Both the position numbers and the translations under genes were made by a program. A stretch of 64,000 nucleotides of DNA, taken from the IMG/VR virus record IMGVR_UViG_3300022862_000263; one strand, written 5' to 3'. The notes under the pieces were generated by a model that did no database searches, had not been told where the DNA came from, and saw only the letters and a program-made list of their open reading frames with translations. The first letter of the stretch is position 1; every line of letters begins with the position of its first letter. The DNA is from a virus (Duplodnaviria; Heunggongvirae; Uroviricota; Caudoviricetes). Below, piece by piece: positions 32,713 to 43,033 of this stretch.

Positions 32713-32892
32713 ACTCTGCTCCCCAAAGAATTCAATCGACAGCGCTAGGCCTCAGATAGAGGTGCAGAGCGAGATGGGTCGTTTGATCCTAGATCTCGGA
32801 TTCCGCACCACCGACTCTGATAGACCATTGACTAGATGTGCACTGATGACGGATTATGTGTCCACAGTGTGGTCACAGTCAAGGAGCTCATG

Positions 32893-33204
32893 ATGGCCAA
32901 AGACGATTTTGTTAAAGCTCGGGTTGAGAAAGAGCTGAAAGAGCAGGCCGATGCTATTTTCGCCCAAATGGGGCTGACGATGTCAGGAGCTATTCTACTG
33001 ATGCTGCGACAGACAGTGATTCAAAATAAGCTGCCGTTCGCCATCGACGGAGCCCCCACCCCAAACGCAAGAGTCAGGGCAAGTATGGAAGCTCATGATC
33101 GCGAAGGTACTGCGGGAATTACGACTTACGACAGCTCTCAAGAATTCTTTGACGCCCTGGGTATTGGGAAAGAAGGCCGTCAAAGTAATCGCCGAGAGCC
33201 CTGA
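32893..33204 (+). CDS. RelB/DinJ-family antitoxin (orphan)
   Basis: AAGGAG RBS, then ATG at 32893. MAKDDFVKARVEKELKEQADAIFAQMGLTMSGAILLMLRQ is a typical DinJ N-terminal RHH. No RelE/YafQ partner directly downstream. Confidence 0.6.
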   Translation: MAKDDFVKARVEKELKEQADAIFAQMGLTMSGAILLMLRQTVIQNKLPFAIDGAPTPNARVRASMEAHDREGTAGITTYDSSQEFFDALGIGKEGRQSNRREP

Positions 33205-33770
33205 TAGCTCATTGACTCTTCACTTCGGCCAGCGATAGGGTCTTGGTAAGGTAGTCGACCAGGTAGATGTGCAGGATTGCCAAGGATGGCTCATCAAATT
33301 CAACCGGAGTGTTGGGCTCATCAAAGAGATCATGCCAATCCGGAATCATGATTTGTTTATCCAAATCGCGGCCCACAGCTTGAGAGAGACTGCTAAGCGC
33401 CAGCATCCCACCCGAAAGACCAAATTCAGCTCGCACATCGGAGCGGACGGTCATAATGCTTATCGCTCGACTTTCTGGGTGTCGCTTGACGCTAATACTT
33501 GATAGTCCTTTGAGTGACGGGATGATTTCTTATGGCCTGGGCGTGCTGAAGCGCAGCACTGATCAGAGAAAGGTTTCGATCCGCGCCCGCAGACCGATTT
33601 GTCTCATAGGAATGACGAACGGACTCACCAAGCAGTTCGCCTGCATCGCTGAAGCTCGCTAGTAACTGCGCCGCAGGGTCACGTTTGGCATCCAGAAACG
33701 CCTGCGCTCTTAGGCCGACTCAGTGGACAACACCAGGCAGCAAGCTGGCTCGTTTACGGTGAGGTAGCGG

Positions 33771-34511
33771 TCATTCTTCACATTCATCACGCTCGATAGG
33801 CTCTTCTACAGACTCGGCAGGTTCGACTACGCCGACGACAAACTCCGGGCGAAGCGACCAGAAAACGCCTTGAATAGTTTTTGCCTCAAAGTCGTACGTG
33901 AAGTCATTTTTCAGGTCAAGGCTGAAGATTTGATTCCAACCAGCCTGCACCCGGCTATGGAACGGCTCTGGAACAGGGACGTCATCGTATAAGCTCAAGT
34001 CTGCAGCTGCTAGCTCGGCCTCAAACTGGGTTGATTCAGGCTCATCAAGCATGCACCAGTAATTGAGCGGAGCGTGCCACATGTAGAAGTCGGAAAGCAG
34101 AAGTTGATCCTTTGGCAGGCTGAGCTCAAGCAGTACGTCACCTGGCTGGCTACCTTCTGCCGAAGGCTTTACCCTTTCTCCCCAAAGTGAAATCCAACAC
34201 CACCATGGCGTGATGCCTGGCTTACGCCCAGGGAGGCCCGCACTATCCATGGACTCCTTCATCCAATCATATGCGATCTTGAAGTAAGTGGAGTCCTCCG
34301 CCAGATCAGCAGGGCACTCCTGGATTTGACCATCGAGGATTTCCGATACGATACCGGGAGGAACAAACATCCATGCTGTGATTCGGCCATCCTCGTTCGC
34401 GTAATGATCGCACCATTTTTTCCGTGTTTTAATCAAGTTTTGGCCCAAGGAAACCTCCACAAAGGCAGCCCTGCATTCGCAGGGAGTGTCCGACGGGGCA
34501 GGGTCGCTCAC
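33771..34511 (-). CDS. hypothetical protein
   Basis: 246-aa Trp-rich ORF. Confidence 0.4.
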   Translation of the reverse strand: MSDPAPSDTPCECRAAFVEVSLGQNLIKTRKKWCDHYANEDGRITAWMFVPPGIVSEILDGQIQECPADLAEDSTYFKIAYDWMKESMDSAGLPGRKPGITPWWCWISLWGERVKPSAEGSQPGDVLLELSLPKDQLLLSDFYMWHAPLNYWCMLDEPESTQFEAELAAADLSLYDDVPVPEPFHSRVQAGWNQIFSLDLKNDFTYDFEAKTIQGVFWSLRPEFVVGVVEPAESVEEPIERDECEE

Positions 34512-34790
34512 CGGAGCACTCCCTATTTGGCAGGCATAAAAAAACCACCTTTGCGGGGCGGTTTTTAGATTGTTACTTTCACAGGAGACGGTATTAGCCG
34601 TATCGCCGAGGTGGAGTCCTGCACTCTTAGCTCGACTGCGTGATTCAAGTATATTGCCATACTCGGATAGTTGTCAACACGTTGGCAAGGCCGTGCGGCA
34701 AAATGCCTGAATTGCTCTGGCCACATATTCGGCCCCATCTCAGTTTCTGATTAATCGAGCTACCAAGCATTGAAGCTCTGCTCTGCATCA

Positions 34791-36110
34791 TCACAGGCCC
34801 AATTCATCCACAAACAACCTAGCGCGATCTTTTCCACTTAACGCACTGAGTAAATCACGTCGGTGCTCTGCCAGGTAGCTCGTCAGAAGCGATTTACTCA
34901 GGCCCTTGGCTGCCTTGTACTGCACCTCCAGATCGACATGGGGCTCCAGCAGGTCGACCAGCCTCATTTTTTGCGAAAGGGCACAGTCTTGCTCTTTAAT
35001 TTTGGCAACCCACGAGACTAGGGTCTCAAACAATCGGTCAAAGACCTTTTCCTGCAGCGGCAGCTCATTCTCAAAGCGCAGAGAATCCAGCTCCATCAGG
35101 AAGGCCTGCAGGTTGCTCGTGATTTTCGACACGGTGGAGGCAGCCGACAGACCTTTGGTGGGTCGCTTCAACTGCTCGCGCCAAACTTCCGGGCTTGCCA
35201 TCAAGGTTCTAAGCGCCAGCTGTCGAGCATATTCATCGTTGAAAAGGTACACATCACGAGGCTTATTGCCTCTAGTATTTCTAAGCAGTGACGTCAACTC
35301 GCCTAAAATAAGCCATGCCTTTGTATTAAACAGCTGAATTTTGTGGGCTGAATTTGCATAGAGAATGGACAGCGGGTTGACGATATCTTCCAGACGCGAG
35401 CGCCTCGCATCTTCACTCAACTCCGGAATGTCACCTGCACTGCCAGTCGTTTCGTGAGTCAAGAACCTATACGATAGATTCATCAAGGTCTGATAACCAC
35501 CAGGCTGGTTAAGCTTGAGGAACATATCGTCCAGCAGGCCAAGTGTCTCCTCCTGGGTTTTTTCTGGAGGGAGCACCCCGCGCTTAACCGCTGAATGCGC
35601 GAGCGCCAGCAGGATCATGTACTGATTGCGGTTACCGGTTGTCAGATAGTCAAAAAGTTGGCTATCCGGATCTAGCTTAAGACTTGTTCTTAAAGATTCG
35701 AAAAAACTTGTTATTGCCTCAACCTGATAGCTCTCGGTAACACCTGTCTTCATGAAACCATTTGCCAGGTTCTCAAGCCAGCGCTGCGGTGCCAACGTCG
35801 CCATCTTGGGCAGATGGTAGGCGGCAAGCATCGCTGCGGTTGCCGGTATTTTTTTGGAGGCTTTCAGCATGAAGCTCAAGAACAAGTGGTTGTTGCCTCG
35901 GTCGTATACCCCTGTATCAGTAGACTTCAGCCTATCCATTACATCGGCTACTCCTTCCAGGTCAGCGGTCTCTGACTGATTTTGATAGGCGAAGCCAAGT
36001 GTATAGGCGACCCAGGAGTGAGCTGCGGTCAGTTGATGTTCGCCCAGATCTGCGACTGTCTGTTCGGTGAATTCAGCGAGATCTACCGCTACGATTCTTT
36101 CTTGTTGCAT
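34791..36110 (-). CDS. hypothetical protein (439 aa), downstream of helicase
   Basis: Long ORF. No P-loop detected. Confidence 0.4.
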   Translation of the reverse strand: MQQERIVAVDLAEFTEQTVADLGEHQLTAAHSWVAYTLGFAYQNQSETADLEGVADVMDRLKSTDTGVYDRGNNHLFLSFMLKASKKIPATAAMLAAYHLPKMATLAPQRWLENLANGFMKTGVTESYQVEAITSFFESLRTSLKLDPDSQLFDYLTTGNRNQYMILLALAHSAVKRGVLPPEKTQEETLGLLDDMFLKLNQPGGYQTLMNLSYRFLTHETTGSAGDIPELSEDARRSRLEDIVNPLSILYANSAHKIQLFNTKAWLILGELTSLLRNTRGNKPRDVYLFNDEYARQLALRTLMASPEVWREQLKRPTKGLSAASTVSKITSNLQAFLMELDSLRFENELPLQEKVFDRLFETLVSWVAKIKEQDCALSQKMRLVDLLEPHVDLEVQYKAAKGLSKSLLTSYLAEHRRDLLSALSGKDRARLFVDELGL

Positions 36111-36372
36111 GGCAGATATCCCGCCTCCTGTAATTTAATGGAAAAGGCCGATTTAAGCACGTGACTGTGTACTTCTCCGCACTCTTTTTCAGGAAGACCT
36201 TTTTGAGATCGGCATCATTCAGATTACTGATGCGCTCTGCCTTTTTCAACGCGTAGCGTGGTGTTTGAAAAAATCAGCTTGCGGATAGTGAATGGTGAAA
36301 CAATTGGAAAGAACTAATGGCTTTGATTCCGCCCGTAAGAGCTTAACTAAAGCGCCATAAGATTAGTCAGTT

Positions 36373-38175
36373 TTATTTCGCCTGAACTGCGGGCGGCCCA
36401 ACCCAATTCAGTGCAACGTGAGCTGCCCGGCACTGAGTGACGTCCAATTCATACTGGGCACGGGTCAAAGCAACGTAGAAGATCCTTGCCTCTTCAGGGG
36501 TGAAAGGAATTTTAGATTTTTCGGCGTCGTTTTGTGGGAAGGCGAAGTCATCAGCAAGCCGAACAGAAGGGAATTGCAGACCCTTTGCCTTGTGAACCGT
36601 TGAGATAGTGACATCCGCCTCGGCCTGGCTGACTTTGTGAACCGCATTCAGCGCTACTAGCAGCTCTTGGGGCGGCCAGGTTTCGATAAGCTTCACCAGG
36701 GTGGCCAACTCAGCCCCAACCTCTGTCTCAGAATAATCGATAAGCTCATTCCAGTTGTCGAACATCTGGAAGTCGGGAGAGCGTGGGCGTCTATGTTGCA
36801 TCAGGCTAATGCAAGACTCTACCTCGGTGATGAGTGTGGAGACATCCCCGGCCATGTGCACCTTCTTGCCGAGCTTCAGGGCATCCATAAGCTCGCTGAG
36901 CGCACCCTTGTTGCCACGGCATAGAATCGCCTTGGGATTCGGGACTTCACATAGTCTTGATTCAACCATGGGAGACCCAACGATTTTGAAAGACGTTTCT
37001 CCTAGAAAATTCTGCAGAACCCGGTTGGCAATTTCTGCTACAGGTTGCCCATAACGGAATGACCTGGTGAGATCGCAAGTCTGATCAGTAGTGATTGCGT
37101 CCATGGCGTTCACAGCTCCGCGCCAGCCATAGATCTGCTGCCGGCGATCACCTACCCAAATGACCTGACAGGGCTGTTCCATTATAACTTTCAGGACTAC
37201 CTTCGAAGTGTCCTGAGCTTCATCGAGTAGGATGAAGTCACAGCCGAGCACTGGTCTGCTGAGTGCCCAGATCTTCAGGTAGACATCCGGCCAGATAGGA
37301 AGGGTGCCATTCACATCACTGAGCATACGCCAAAGCATAGCCGCTAGTGGGCCTAGCTTGGACGCTATGGGTTGGGCTGCAAGATAGGCTTCTTTGCGAT
37401 CACCTTTTTTGGTCATCTTGTAGAGGATGGGCCATGGTGCTGAATCAAGGTCGAGCTGCTGGGAGGCGCCATGAGTAAAATTGGCGACCCACTGTCGAAT
37501 AACGTTGGCCTGTTCGTATTTTGAGATCCCGTCGAAGTCGCTGAGGTGCAACGCATCAATGATGATTTTGCTAGCCAGGTTCTTTTTCTGAATCCGATGA
37601 CTGAAGGGATGCCCGGCGCCCTCATAGGCCACAGAGTGGGTTGTCCGGCAGTGGGTGTTCTGGCTGAAGCGTGAAGAAGCCTCTTTGATGATGTCTTTGT
37701 TGAAGGCCAGGTAGAGTCCCTTCCTTTTGCCCATGTTCAGACTGATCGCTGATAGCCCGCTGGTTTTTCCTGAACCGGCGCCAGCCTCCACCTTCAGGCT
37801 ACATCCCGAGACGGCGTGCTCGACAGCCTGCTGTTGCTCATCGGTAAGCGGGTGGTCGCCCAGTTTGAAATTCCTGGGGTTTGACTGCAAAGGTGGAGCT
37901 TTCAGTCGGTTTAGTGCCGCCATGGCTGGGGACGGCGGTAATAGGATGGGTGCTTGAGCCGCTGTCAATTCCGGCATCGGGGCTTGATCCAGCTTACCAT
38001 CAGCGGTCGTCTGGTAAAGGTCTGACATCCCGATTTGAGCAATCAATGACTTGCTGGTTGCTTGAGCATATAGCTGATCGGCCTTTTTCAGCGCGTCGCG
38101 CAGCCTGGCGTTTTCAAGCGCCAGCTTCCGGATGGTGTCGGTGTGATTTGCTGCCATGCGACGGCACCTGAACAT
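36373..38175 (-). CDS. SF1 UvrD/Rep-like DNA helicase
   Basis: 600 aa. Walker A AGAGSGKT. Motif II ILLDEAQD. UvrD-type motifs throughout. Confidence 0.7.
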   Translation of the reverse strand: MFRCRRMAANHTDTIRKLALENARLRDALKKADQLYAQATSKSLIAQIGMSDLYQTTADGKLDQAPMPELTAAQAPILLPPSPAMAALNRLKAPPLQSNPRNFKLGDHPLTDEQQQAVEHAVSGCSLKVEAGAGSGKTSGLSAISLNMGKRKGLYLAFNKDIIKEASSRFSQNTHCRTTHSVAYEGAGHPFSHRIQKKNLASKIIIDALHLSDFDGISKYEQANVIRQWVANFTHGASQQLDLDSAPWPILYKMTKKGDRKEAYLAAQPIASKLGPLAAMLWRMLSDVNGTLPIWPDVYLKIWALSRPVLGCDFILLDEAQDTSKVVLKVIMEQPCQVIWVGDRRQQIYGWRGAVNAMDAITTDQTCDLTRSFRYGQPVAEIANRVLQNFLGETSFKIVGSPMVESRLCEVPNPKAILCRGNKGALSELMDALKLGKKVHMAGDVSTLITEVESCISLMQHRRPRSPDFQMFDNWNELIDYSETEVGAELATLVKLIETWPPQELLVALNAVHKVSQAEADVTISTVHKAKGLQFPSVRLADDFAFPQNDAEKSKIPFTPEEARIFYVALTRAQYELDVTQCRAAHVALNWVGPPAVQAK

Positions 38176-38369
38176 AAAGCTTTGATTATAGCTTTTGGCG
38201 GGAGATTTTGCCTTGATTGGGTTATTCTGCTTGGTAGCGGCAAGGAGATCTCATCATCAGCAAGTCGCATCGTATAGCAGTTGCCGGCTGTCATCACATG
38301 GTTGGCATCTATTGACTATTGCTCATGGTTGATGTGATAGTTACGGTAATATTTTTAGGAGTGACTTAA

Positions 38370-38717
38370 GTGAACACTCATAAGTTGCATGACGAATACA
38401 GTAGGCAAGCTCATAGCTTGGTAGCCTCAAAGCTTCGTGCAAATCCAAGCTTAATAAATATTGCGAAAAGAAATCTCCTAGAGATATCTAAAGAGTTGCC
38501 GAAGAACTCGGTAACTGTCATGGAGTGGGAGATTATTCTTAAGTGTAATATTGACAGTATTTGTGACTTCATTGTTCAGAATAATGACCACCTTCAAGAA
38601 CTTCGGCAATCATCTCCGTTTTCTGGGATGATTACCACAGAGGAACGGAGAAACCTGCGTGAAAAGATCTTCTCTAGAACATCTGATTCGAGTAGCGAGC
38701 CAAATTACAGGCGATAA
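38370..38717 (+). CDS. hypothetical protein, low-GC cassette gene 1
   Basis: 115 aa, AT-rich. Overlaps the next ORF by 59 nt in another frame. Confidence 0.35.
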   Translation: MNTHKLHDEYSRQAHSLVASKLRANPSLINIAKRNLLEISKELPKNSVTVMEWEIILKCNIDSICDFIVQNNDHLQELRQSSPFSGMITTEERRNLREKIFSRTSDSSSEPNYRR

Positions 38718-39585
38718 TGAAATTCTCATAATAGGGAGTCAAGCGTTTCACGGAGCCTCTAGGTCTTTGCCAGACGCTGTCGAAAGATCAATTGAGGCTG
38801 ATTTAGCGTTAGTAAACCTTCCTGAGAAGTGGGAAGATATCGATGGGGCTATTGGGGAAGACTCAAATTTTTTCACCCTTCATCGTTATTATGCCCAAGG
38901 GGTGAGCGCGGATACGGCAATTTTACCACTAGGATGGAAAGATAGACTAAATTATATAAATAATGAGAATACTGGCGGCGCCACCGGGTGCTGTATTGGT
39001 ATATATGACCTTGTACTGTCTAAGTATTGCGCGGAACGAGAAAAAGATTTTGAGTTTATTTCCGAAATAATTAGCATGGATATGCTGGATCAGAGTACCT
39101 TGAGTGATCTTGCGGGCGATCTTCCAGTCGACGAATATAGGATTGATAGGATACGAGGATTTATTGAAAGGGATTTTAGACTGCAGAAGGCTAACGAAAA
39201 AGGACGTCAGATAGAAAGGATGGAGTTGTCGCTGATCGCAAAAATAGCAAATGTTGATGATCAATTGCCAATTAGATTAATTGGTGCAAGGAAGTCTCAG
39301 TACGGAATTGCTGGAATGCTTAACGAGATATGCCTAGACGATGAAGCTTTGTCGGCATCTATTAGAAAATATAACGACATTTTGGTTGATGATTTGTCAG
39401 CAATATCAAAAGCCTGGGCTGAACTGAAGAGTCTTAATCCGAATATTCAACTTCAAATAGACTCAATTGCCCAGAAAGCAGAAAATATAGCCAGGATGGT
39501 TTCAACCCAGTCATTAGAGAAGTCGATGCCAGAAGATTTGTTTGTTAAGCCTGAAAATGATGGCGATAACTTAACTCCAAATTAG
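38659..39585 (+). CDS. hypothetical protein, low-GC cassette gene 2
   Basis: 308 aa. N-terminus HLIRVASQITGDNEILIIGSQA is reminiscent of nucleotidyltransferase-fold or DUF proteins. Uncertain. Confidence 0.4.
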   Translation: MKRSSLEHLIRVASQITGDNEILIIGSQAFHGASRSLPDAVERSIEADLALVNLPEKWEDIDGAIGEDSNFFTLHRYYAQGVSADTAILPLGWKDRLNYINNENTGGATGCCIGIYDLVLSKYCAEREKDFEFISEIISMDMLDQSTLSDLAGDLPVDEYRIDRIRGFIERDFRLQKANEKGRQIERMELSLIAKIANVDDQLPIRLIGARKSQYGIAGMLNEICLDDEALSASIRKYNDILVDDLSAISKAWAELKSLNPNIQLQIDSIAQKAENIARMVSTQSLEKSMPEDLFVKPENDGDNLTPN

Positions 39586-39634
39586 CAATGTTTCAATAAT
39601 TTTTATTCTGGTAGTATTTTTATTTGTTCATATT

Positions 39635-39668
39635 TATTTTTTGGGGCGCGTGTAGCGCCCAAGATAAA
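39635..39668. terminator. bidirectional rho-independent terminator between convergent genes
   Basis: Stem gggcgc-gtgta-gcgccc, preceded by a T-run and followed by an A/T-rich run. Confidence 0.65.
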
Positions 39669-39687
39669 TTTATTTACGTTGATTGGG

Positions 39688-40134
39688 TTAACCATTCTTA
39701 GAATCATTTATAAAATTTTCAAGCTGTAATTTTCTGATATTCATGCTTTCGATCATGACTTGCAGACCAGGCTGATTGGGTTTGTTTTCCAGTAGACTGG
39801 TATACGAAGAAATAACACCGTTTACTTTATGTAGTATCCCTGGGGCTCGATCTATTCCTGTCGAGTTATCCCACGGCATCGAAGGCAATTTGCGATTAGG
39901 GTCGGCCATGAATGTGTGGGCCCAGTCCTGGGTGTATGAGCATGCCGGGCAAACCCAGCCGTCCTTGGTAGCGATCAGCGTGCCTCGATCACCACCCTCA
40001 TCACCATGCCCAGGATCACTGCGGTTCTTGCAGGTGAATGGGTGGAAGGGCATCCCATTGCAGGTGGCCGTTTGGTACTCGTTAAGCGCCTGAACAGACT
40101 CTGGAGAGAACGGAGCTGTGATCTTGTTGGACAT
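39688..40134 (-). CDS. hypothetical Cys-rich protein, last gene of the radical-SAM operon
   Basis: 148 aa. CNG..C...CPAC patches. Confidence 0.4.
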   Translation of the reverse strand: MSNKITAPFSPESVQALNEYQTATCNGMPFHPFTCKNRSDPGHGDEGGDRGTLIATKDGWVCPACSYTQDWAHTFMADPNRKLPSMPWDNSTGIDRAPGILHKVNGVISSYTSLLENKPNQPGLQVMIESMNIRKLQLENFINDSKNG

Positions 40135-40164
40135 TTTGAAAGCCTCTAAAATTTTGTTGGTGAT

Positions 40165-41088
40165 TCAATTCGGTGGGTTGATCAACGATGCCCATTGCGG
40201 CCCGACAGCTTCGCCAGCTGATCTCATTGATCGAGAGACCATGAGTTTTCCAAGGCCAGACCTTTCCAGATCGTTGTGCAGGTTCGTTAGCTGGCCATGA
40301 TCGAGCGTATCACCAGCCCTCTGCAAAAGTTTGACGACTCTTTTGCACCCGCCCGCAATGGAGAGGAGGGCAGTCTGCACAGCAGCTGTAAGCTCGCCAT
40401 GTGTCCACAGGTACTCGGACAATACCGCAAGGGATTCTGGCTGCTTCATCTCATGAGCGTTGATGAGGCGCTCAACGCAGAGCCTGCCTTCATCACCTGG
40501 CTTGCCGGCCATCAGTACGCCAAGAAGGTATTCTGAATAGACATGCCCCTCGGTAGCAAGGGCCTTGAGCGCCTGGATGGTCTCACTGCCAGCTTCCATT
40601 TGCGGACTGAATGCCGACACTGGCTCCAGCTTGGAGCACCCGGTAAAAGCAGCCTTGAATCGCACTGCGAGCTTGGCTTTGTGGTTGACCAACAGCTTGG
40701 AGTACGAAAGCCCAAAATTACGCATGGCGTAAATGTGATACGAATGATACTGGCCTAAGTCTGGGTCAGTTTCTTCTGCCAGCGCATTCGCCTGCAGGTC
40801 AGAAACCAGCATGGTTTCAGTAGAGCCTGGCAGCTCAATCATCAGCCGAGAGTTGTCGAAGGTCATCGCCAACTCCTCAAAAGCCTTGACCGAGCAGACC
40901 ACCCCCACATCCTCGGGGGACAAAGGGAAGACGAGCATATGATCAGCCCGATCTCGACCTGAGATTCTGTATTTTTCGGATGGCTCAAGGAACTCCCGGC
41001 AGTTGAATTTTTTAAATCCGATTTCCCAGTCACGCCCGAAAATTTTGATCGTAAAGCGCTTGGAGCTAGCTAAATTTGTGGCTTTCAT
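40165..41088 (-). CDS. hypothetical protein, operon gene 5
   Basis: 307-aa ORF, 31 bp from the next gene. Confidence 0.4.
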   Translation of the reverse strand: MKATNLASSKRFTIKIFGRDWEIGFKKFNCREFLEPSEKYRISGRDRADHMLVFPLSPEDVGVVCSVKAFEELAMTFDNSRLMIELPGSTETMLVSDLQANALAEETDPDLGQYHSYHIYAMRNFGLSYSKLLVNHKAKLAVRFKAAFTGCSKLEPVSAFSPQMEAGSETIQALKALATEGHVYSEYLLGVLMAGKPGDEGRLCVERLINAHEMKQPESLAVLSEYLWTHGELTAAVQTALLSIAGGCKRVVKLLQRAGDTLDHGQLTNLHNDLERSGLGKLMVSRSMRSAGEAVGPQWASLINPPN

Positions 41089-41111
41089 CTATGGGTTTTC
41101 CAAGCGGATCT

Positions 41112-41915
41112 TTAATCGCAGCTGATGGTGCATACGGAGGCGTAAGCTATGTCGACACGGGGTATGGCTGTGTCTTGGTAAATAGCACGCTTTTCTTCGC
41201 GGAACCACGAAGAGTAAAAGTGCGCATTCTTGATGAACCTCAGCTCATTGAGGCAAAACTCTTTGAAGCTCAGGCTTGGATTGCCGTCCAGAAATTCCTT
41301 GTACATGTTGACGTACAAATCATCAAACCAGGTGGGCTCGAGAATCTGAAGCAGGTCAGCGTCGCGCAGGATGGCCTGGTATTCGTTCAGGGGTTCGCGT
41401 TTGAACGGGAATTGGGTGCTCTGCAAGGTCTCCAGTAGAAATGGGATATCTAAGAGTATCGGCTCATTGCTTTTGCGTAGGATGCCGGCATCCGCCAGGA
41501 AGATGTTAGCGATCATGATCGAGCGCGACACGTTCACAATGTCTGGCTCTTTAACGCCAGTGTGTGCGATGTCGTGAAACGCAGCGGCAAGGATCGTTGA
41601 GTTGATTTCCTTCTGCTGGGCCTCAGACAGATTCGCCAGGTCGCTCTTCAGATAGTGGCGCAGTCCCTGAATGGTGCCATCGACCACGCAGCACGTGTGA
41701 TACCAGTCATGATAAGGGCGCTTATGGCTGTAGTCCTCAAAGCGCTGATGAATGAGGTCAAATAGCTCCTGTGGATCAACACCATTGAGCTTGACCATCT
41801 CTGAGAACGCTTGCCGGGTGGCAACATGCTTCAAGATGCGGCTGGCTTCAGGATCAGGGCAGAGCAGCTTGTAGCCGAGCCGCTCTTTGACTCGTGCAAT
41901 GAGTTGCATGTCCAT
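41112..41915 (-). CDS. HD-domain phosphohydrolase
   Basis: 267 aa. H..HD (HDWYH) and a second FHDIAH motif typical of HD metal-dependent phosphohydrolases. Confidence 0.6.
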   Translation of the reverse strand: MDMQLIARVKERLGYKLLCPDPEASRILKHVATRQAFSEMVKLNGVDPQELFDLIHQRFEDYSHKRPYHDWYHTCCVVDGTIQGLRHYLKSDLANLSEAQQKEINSTILAAAFHDIAHTGVKEPDIVNVSRSIMIANIFLADAGILRKSNEPILLDIPFLLETLQSTQFPFKREPLNEYQAILRDADLLQILEPTWFDDLYVNMYKEFLDGNPSLSFKEFCLNELRFIKNAHFYSSWFREEKRAIYQDTAIPRVDIAYASVCTISCD

Positions 41916-41950
41916 ATCATGTTCCTTTAGGGATGAGCGCTTGGCGATAG

Positions 41951-42451
41951 CTATTCCAGATGAGGGCTGAGCTTGATCGATACGATTTCATAGCGAATCG
42001 GCTTGCCCCGCATAGGAAGTTCAACCTCGTCACCCACCGTCTTGTGGAGCAGCCGCTCACCAACGGGAGAGAGGTAAGAAACGATCCCTTTATCAGGATT
42101 GCCTTCCTCATAACCCAAGATCGAGTGCGTGCGCATCTCGCCATCTTCAGACTCAAGCTCCACTTCAACGCCTGGAAGAACCTCGTGAAAATCTTGATTC
42201 TGGATGTGCTCGCAATCATTGATCAGGCGGGCAAAACGGATGACGTTTTCCAGCTCCGCGATTTTGTTCGGCAGCTCGTAGGTCACCTTTGTGCGCAGCT
42301 GCATGAACTCGGGGTTCTCCCTAAGGTCGTTATCCAGGCTGGCTGAATGACCCATGGCACGGGTGGACTTTTCCAAGTCCTCGACGAGATCCTTCTGCCT
42401 GTTGGCCAAGTTCACCAATCCCTTGCGGGTGACGTAGTAAGCGGTAGACAT
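41951..42451 (-). CDS. GreA/GreB-family transcript cleavage factor homolog (Rnk/Gfh-like)
   Basis: 166 aa. N-terminal coiled-coil with acidic tip DLRENPEF (cf. GreA DLSENAEY). C-terminal FKBP-like domain GIVSYLSPVGERLLHKTVGDEV. Confidence 0.7.
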   Translation of the reverse strand: MSTAYYVTRKGLVNLANRQKDLVEDLEKSTRAMGHSASLDNDLRENPEFMQLRTKVTYELPNKIAELENVIRFARLINDCEHIQNQDFHEVLPGVEVELESEDGEMRTHSILGYEEGNPDKGIVSYLSPVGERLLHKTVGDEVELPMRGKPIRYEIVSIKLSPHLE

Positions 42452-42454
42452 GTC

Positions 42455-43030
42455 TTAATTCAACCAGGGTAGACGGGAGGCAGCGATTTTCAGCGCATCT
42501 TGCAGATCGTTGGTGCTGTTGTCGACAATGCAGAGATGCTCCCCCAGGCGCTGGAACTCGGCGAGGAAGCGATTGCGGATGCTGTTGTCATCCAGAACCT
42601 TGTCCAGATCGCTTTTGCCACGGACAGTGATTCGATCCTGGCGAACAGACTCGTCGATGTTGATGAATATGGTGGCGTCGGGTTCATGGATGTCATAACC
42701 CATGCCTTTGTACACCAGATCAACGTCCATGCCGGCAACGCGGTGAGATACTACGGTGTCGATCAGGTAACGAACGCAGTAAACGTTGTGGGTCTTGAGC
42801 TTCTCTTTGATTCGCTCAGAGGCGTAGGCAACTGCCGCCAAGTAGAATAGGAAGTGGGCAGACTGCGACCGGTCTCTTACCTCACTGTCGAACATCTCTC
42901 GGGTTTCGCCGAAGGGGCCATCCGGAGTCTTGAAAAGAAAGCCGTTGGGATCGAGCTTGCAAAGCTGTTCCGCCAGGCTCGAAGTCCCAGAGCCATCAAG
43001 CCCGGTGATGACAACCAGTTTTCCAACCAT
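42455..43030 (-). CDS. P-loop nucleotide kinase, thymidylate-kinase-like
   Basis: 191 aa. Walker A ITGLDGSGTSS. Tmk-like LID/NMP-binding layout. 4-bp spacing to the flanking genes. Confidence 0.6.
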   Translation of the reverse strand: MVGKLVVITGLDGSGTSSLAEQLCKLDPNGFLFKTPDGPFGETREMFDSEVRDRSQSAHFLFYLAAVAYASERIKEKLKTHNVYCVRYLIDTVVSHRVAGMDVDLVYKGMGYDIHEPDATIFINIDESVRQDRITVRGKSDLDKVLDDNSIRNRFLAEFQRLGEHLCIVDNSTNDLQDALKIAASRLPWLN

Positions 43031-43033
43031 TGT

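Noticed and set aside
34512-34790. A-run/GC/T-run element aaaaaaccacctttgcggggcggttttt as a terminator for the 439-aa gene
   Set aside because: The stem is mostly A:T with imperfect pairing. Too weak to annotate confidently.
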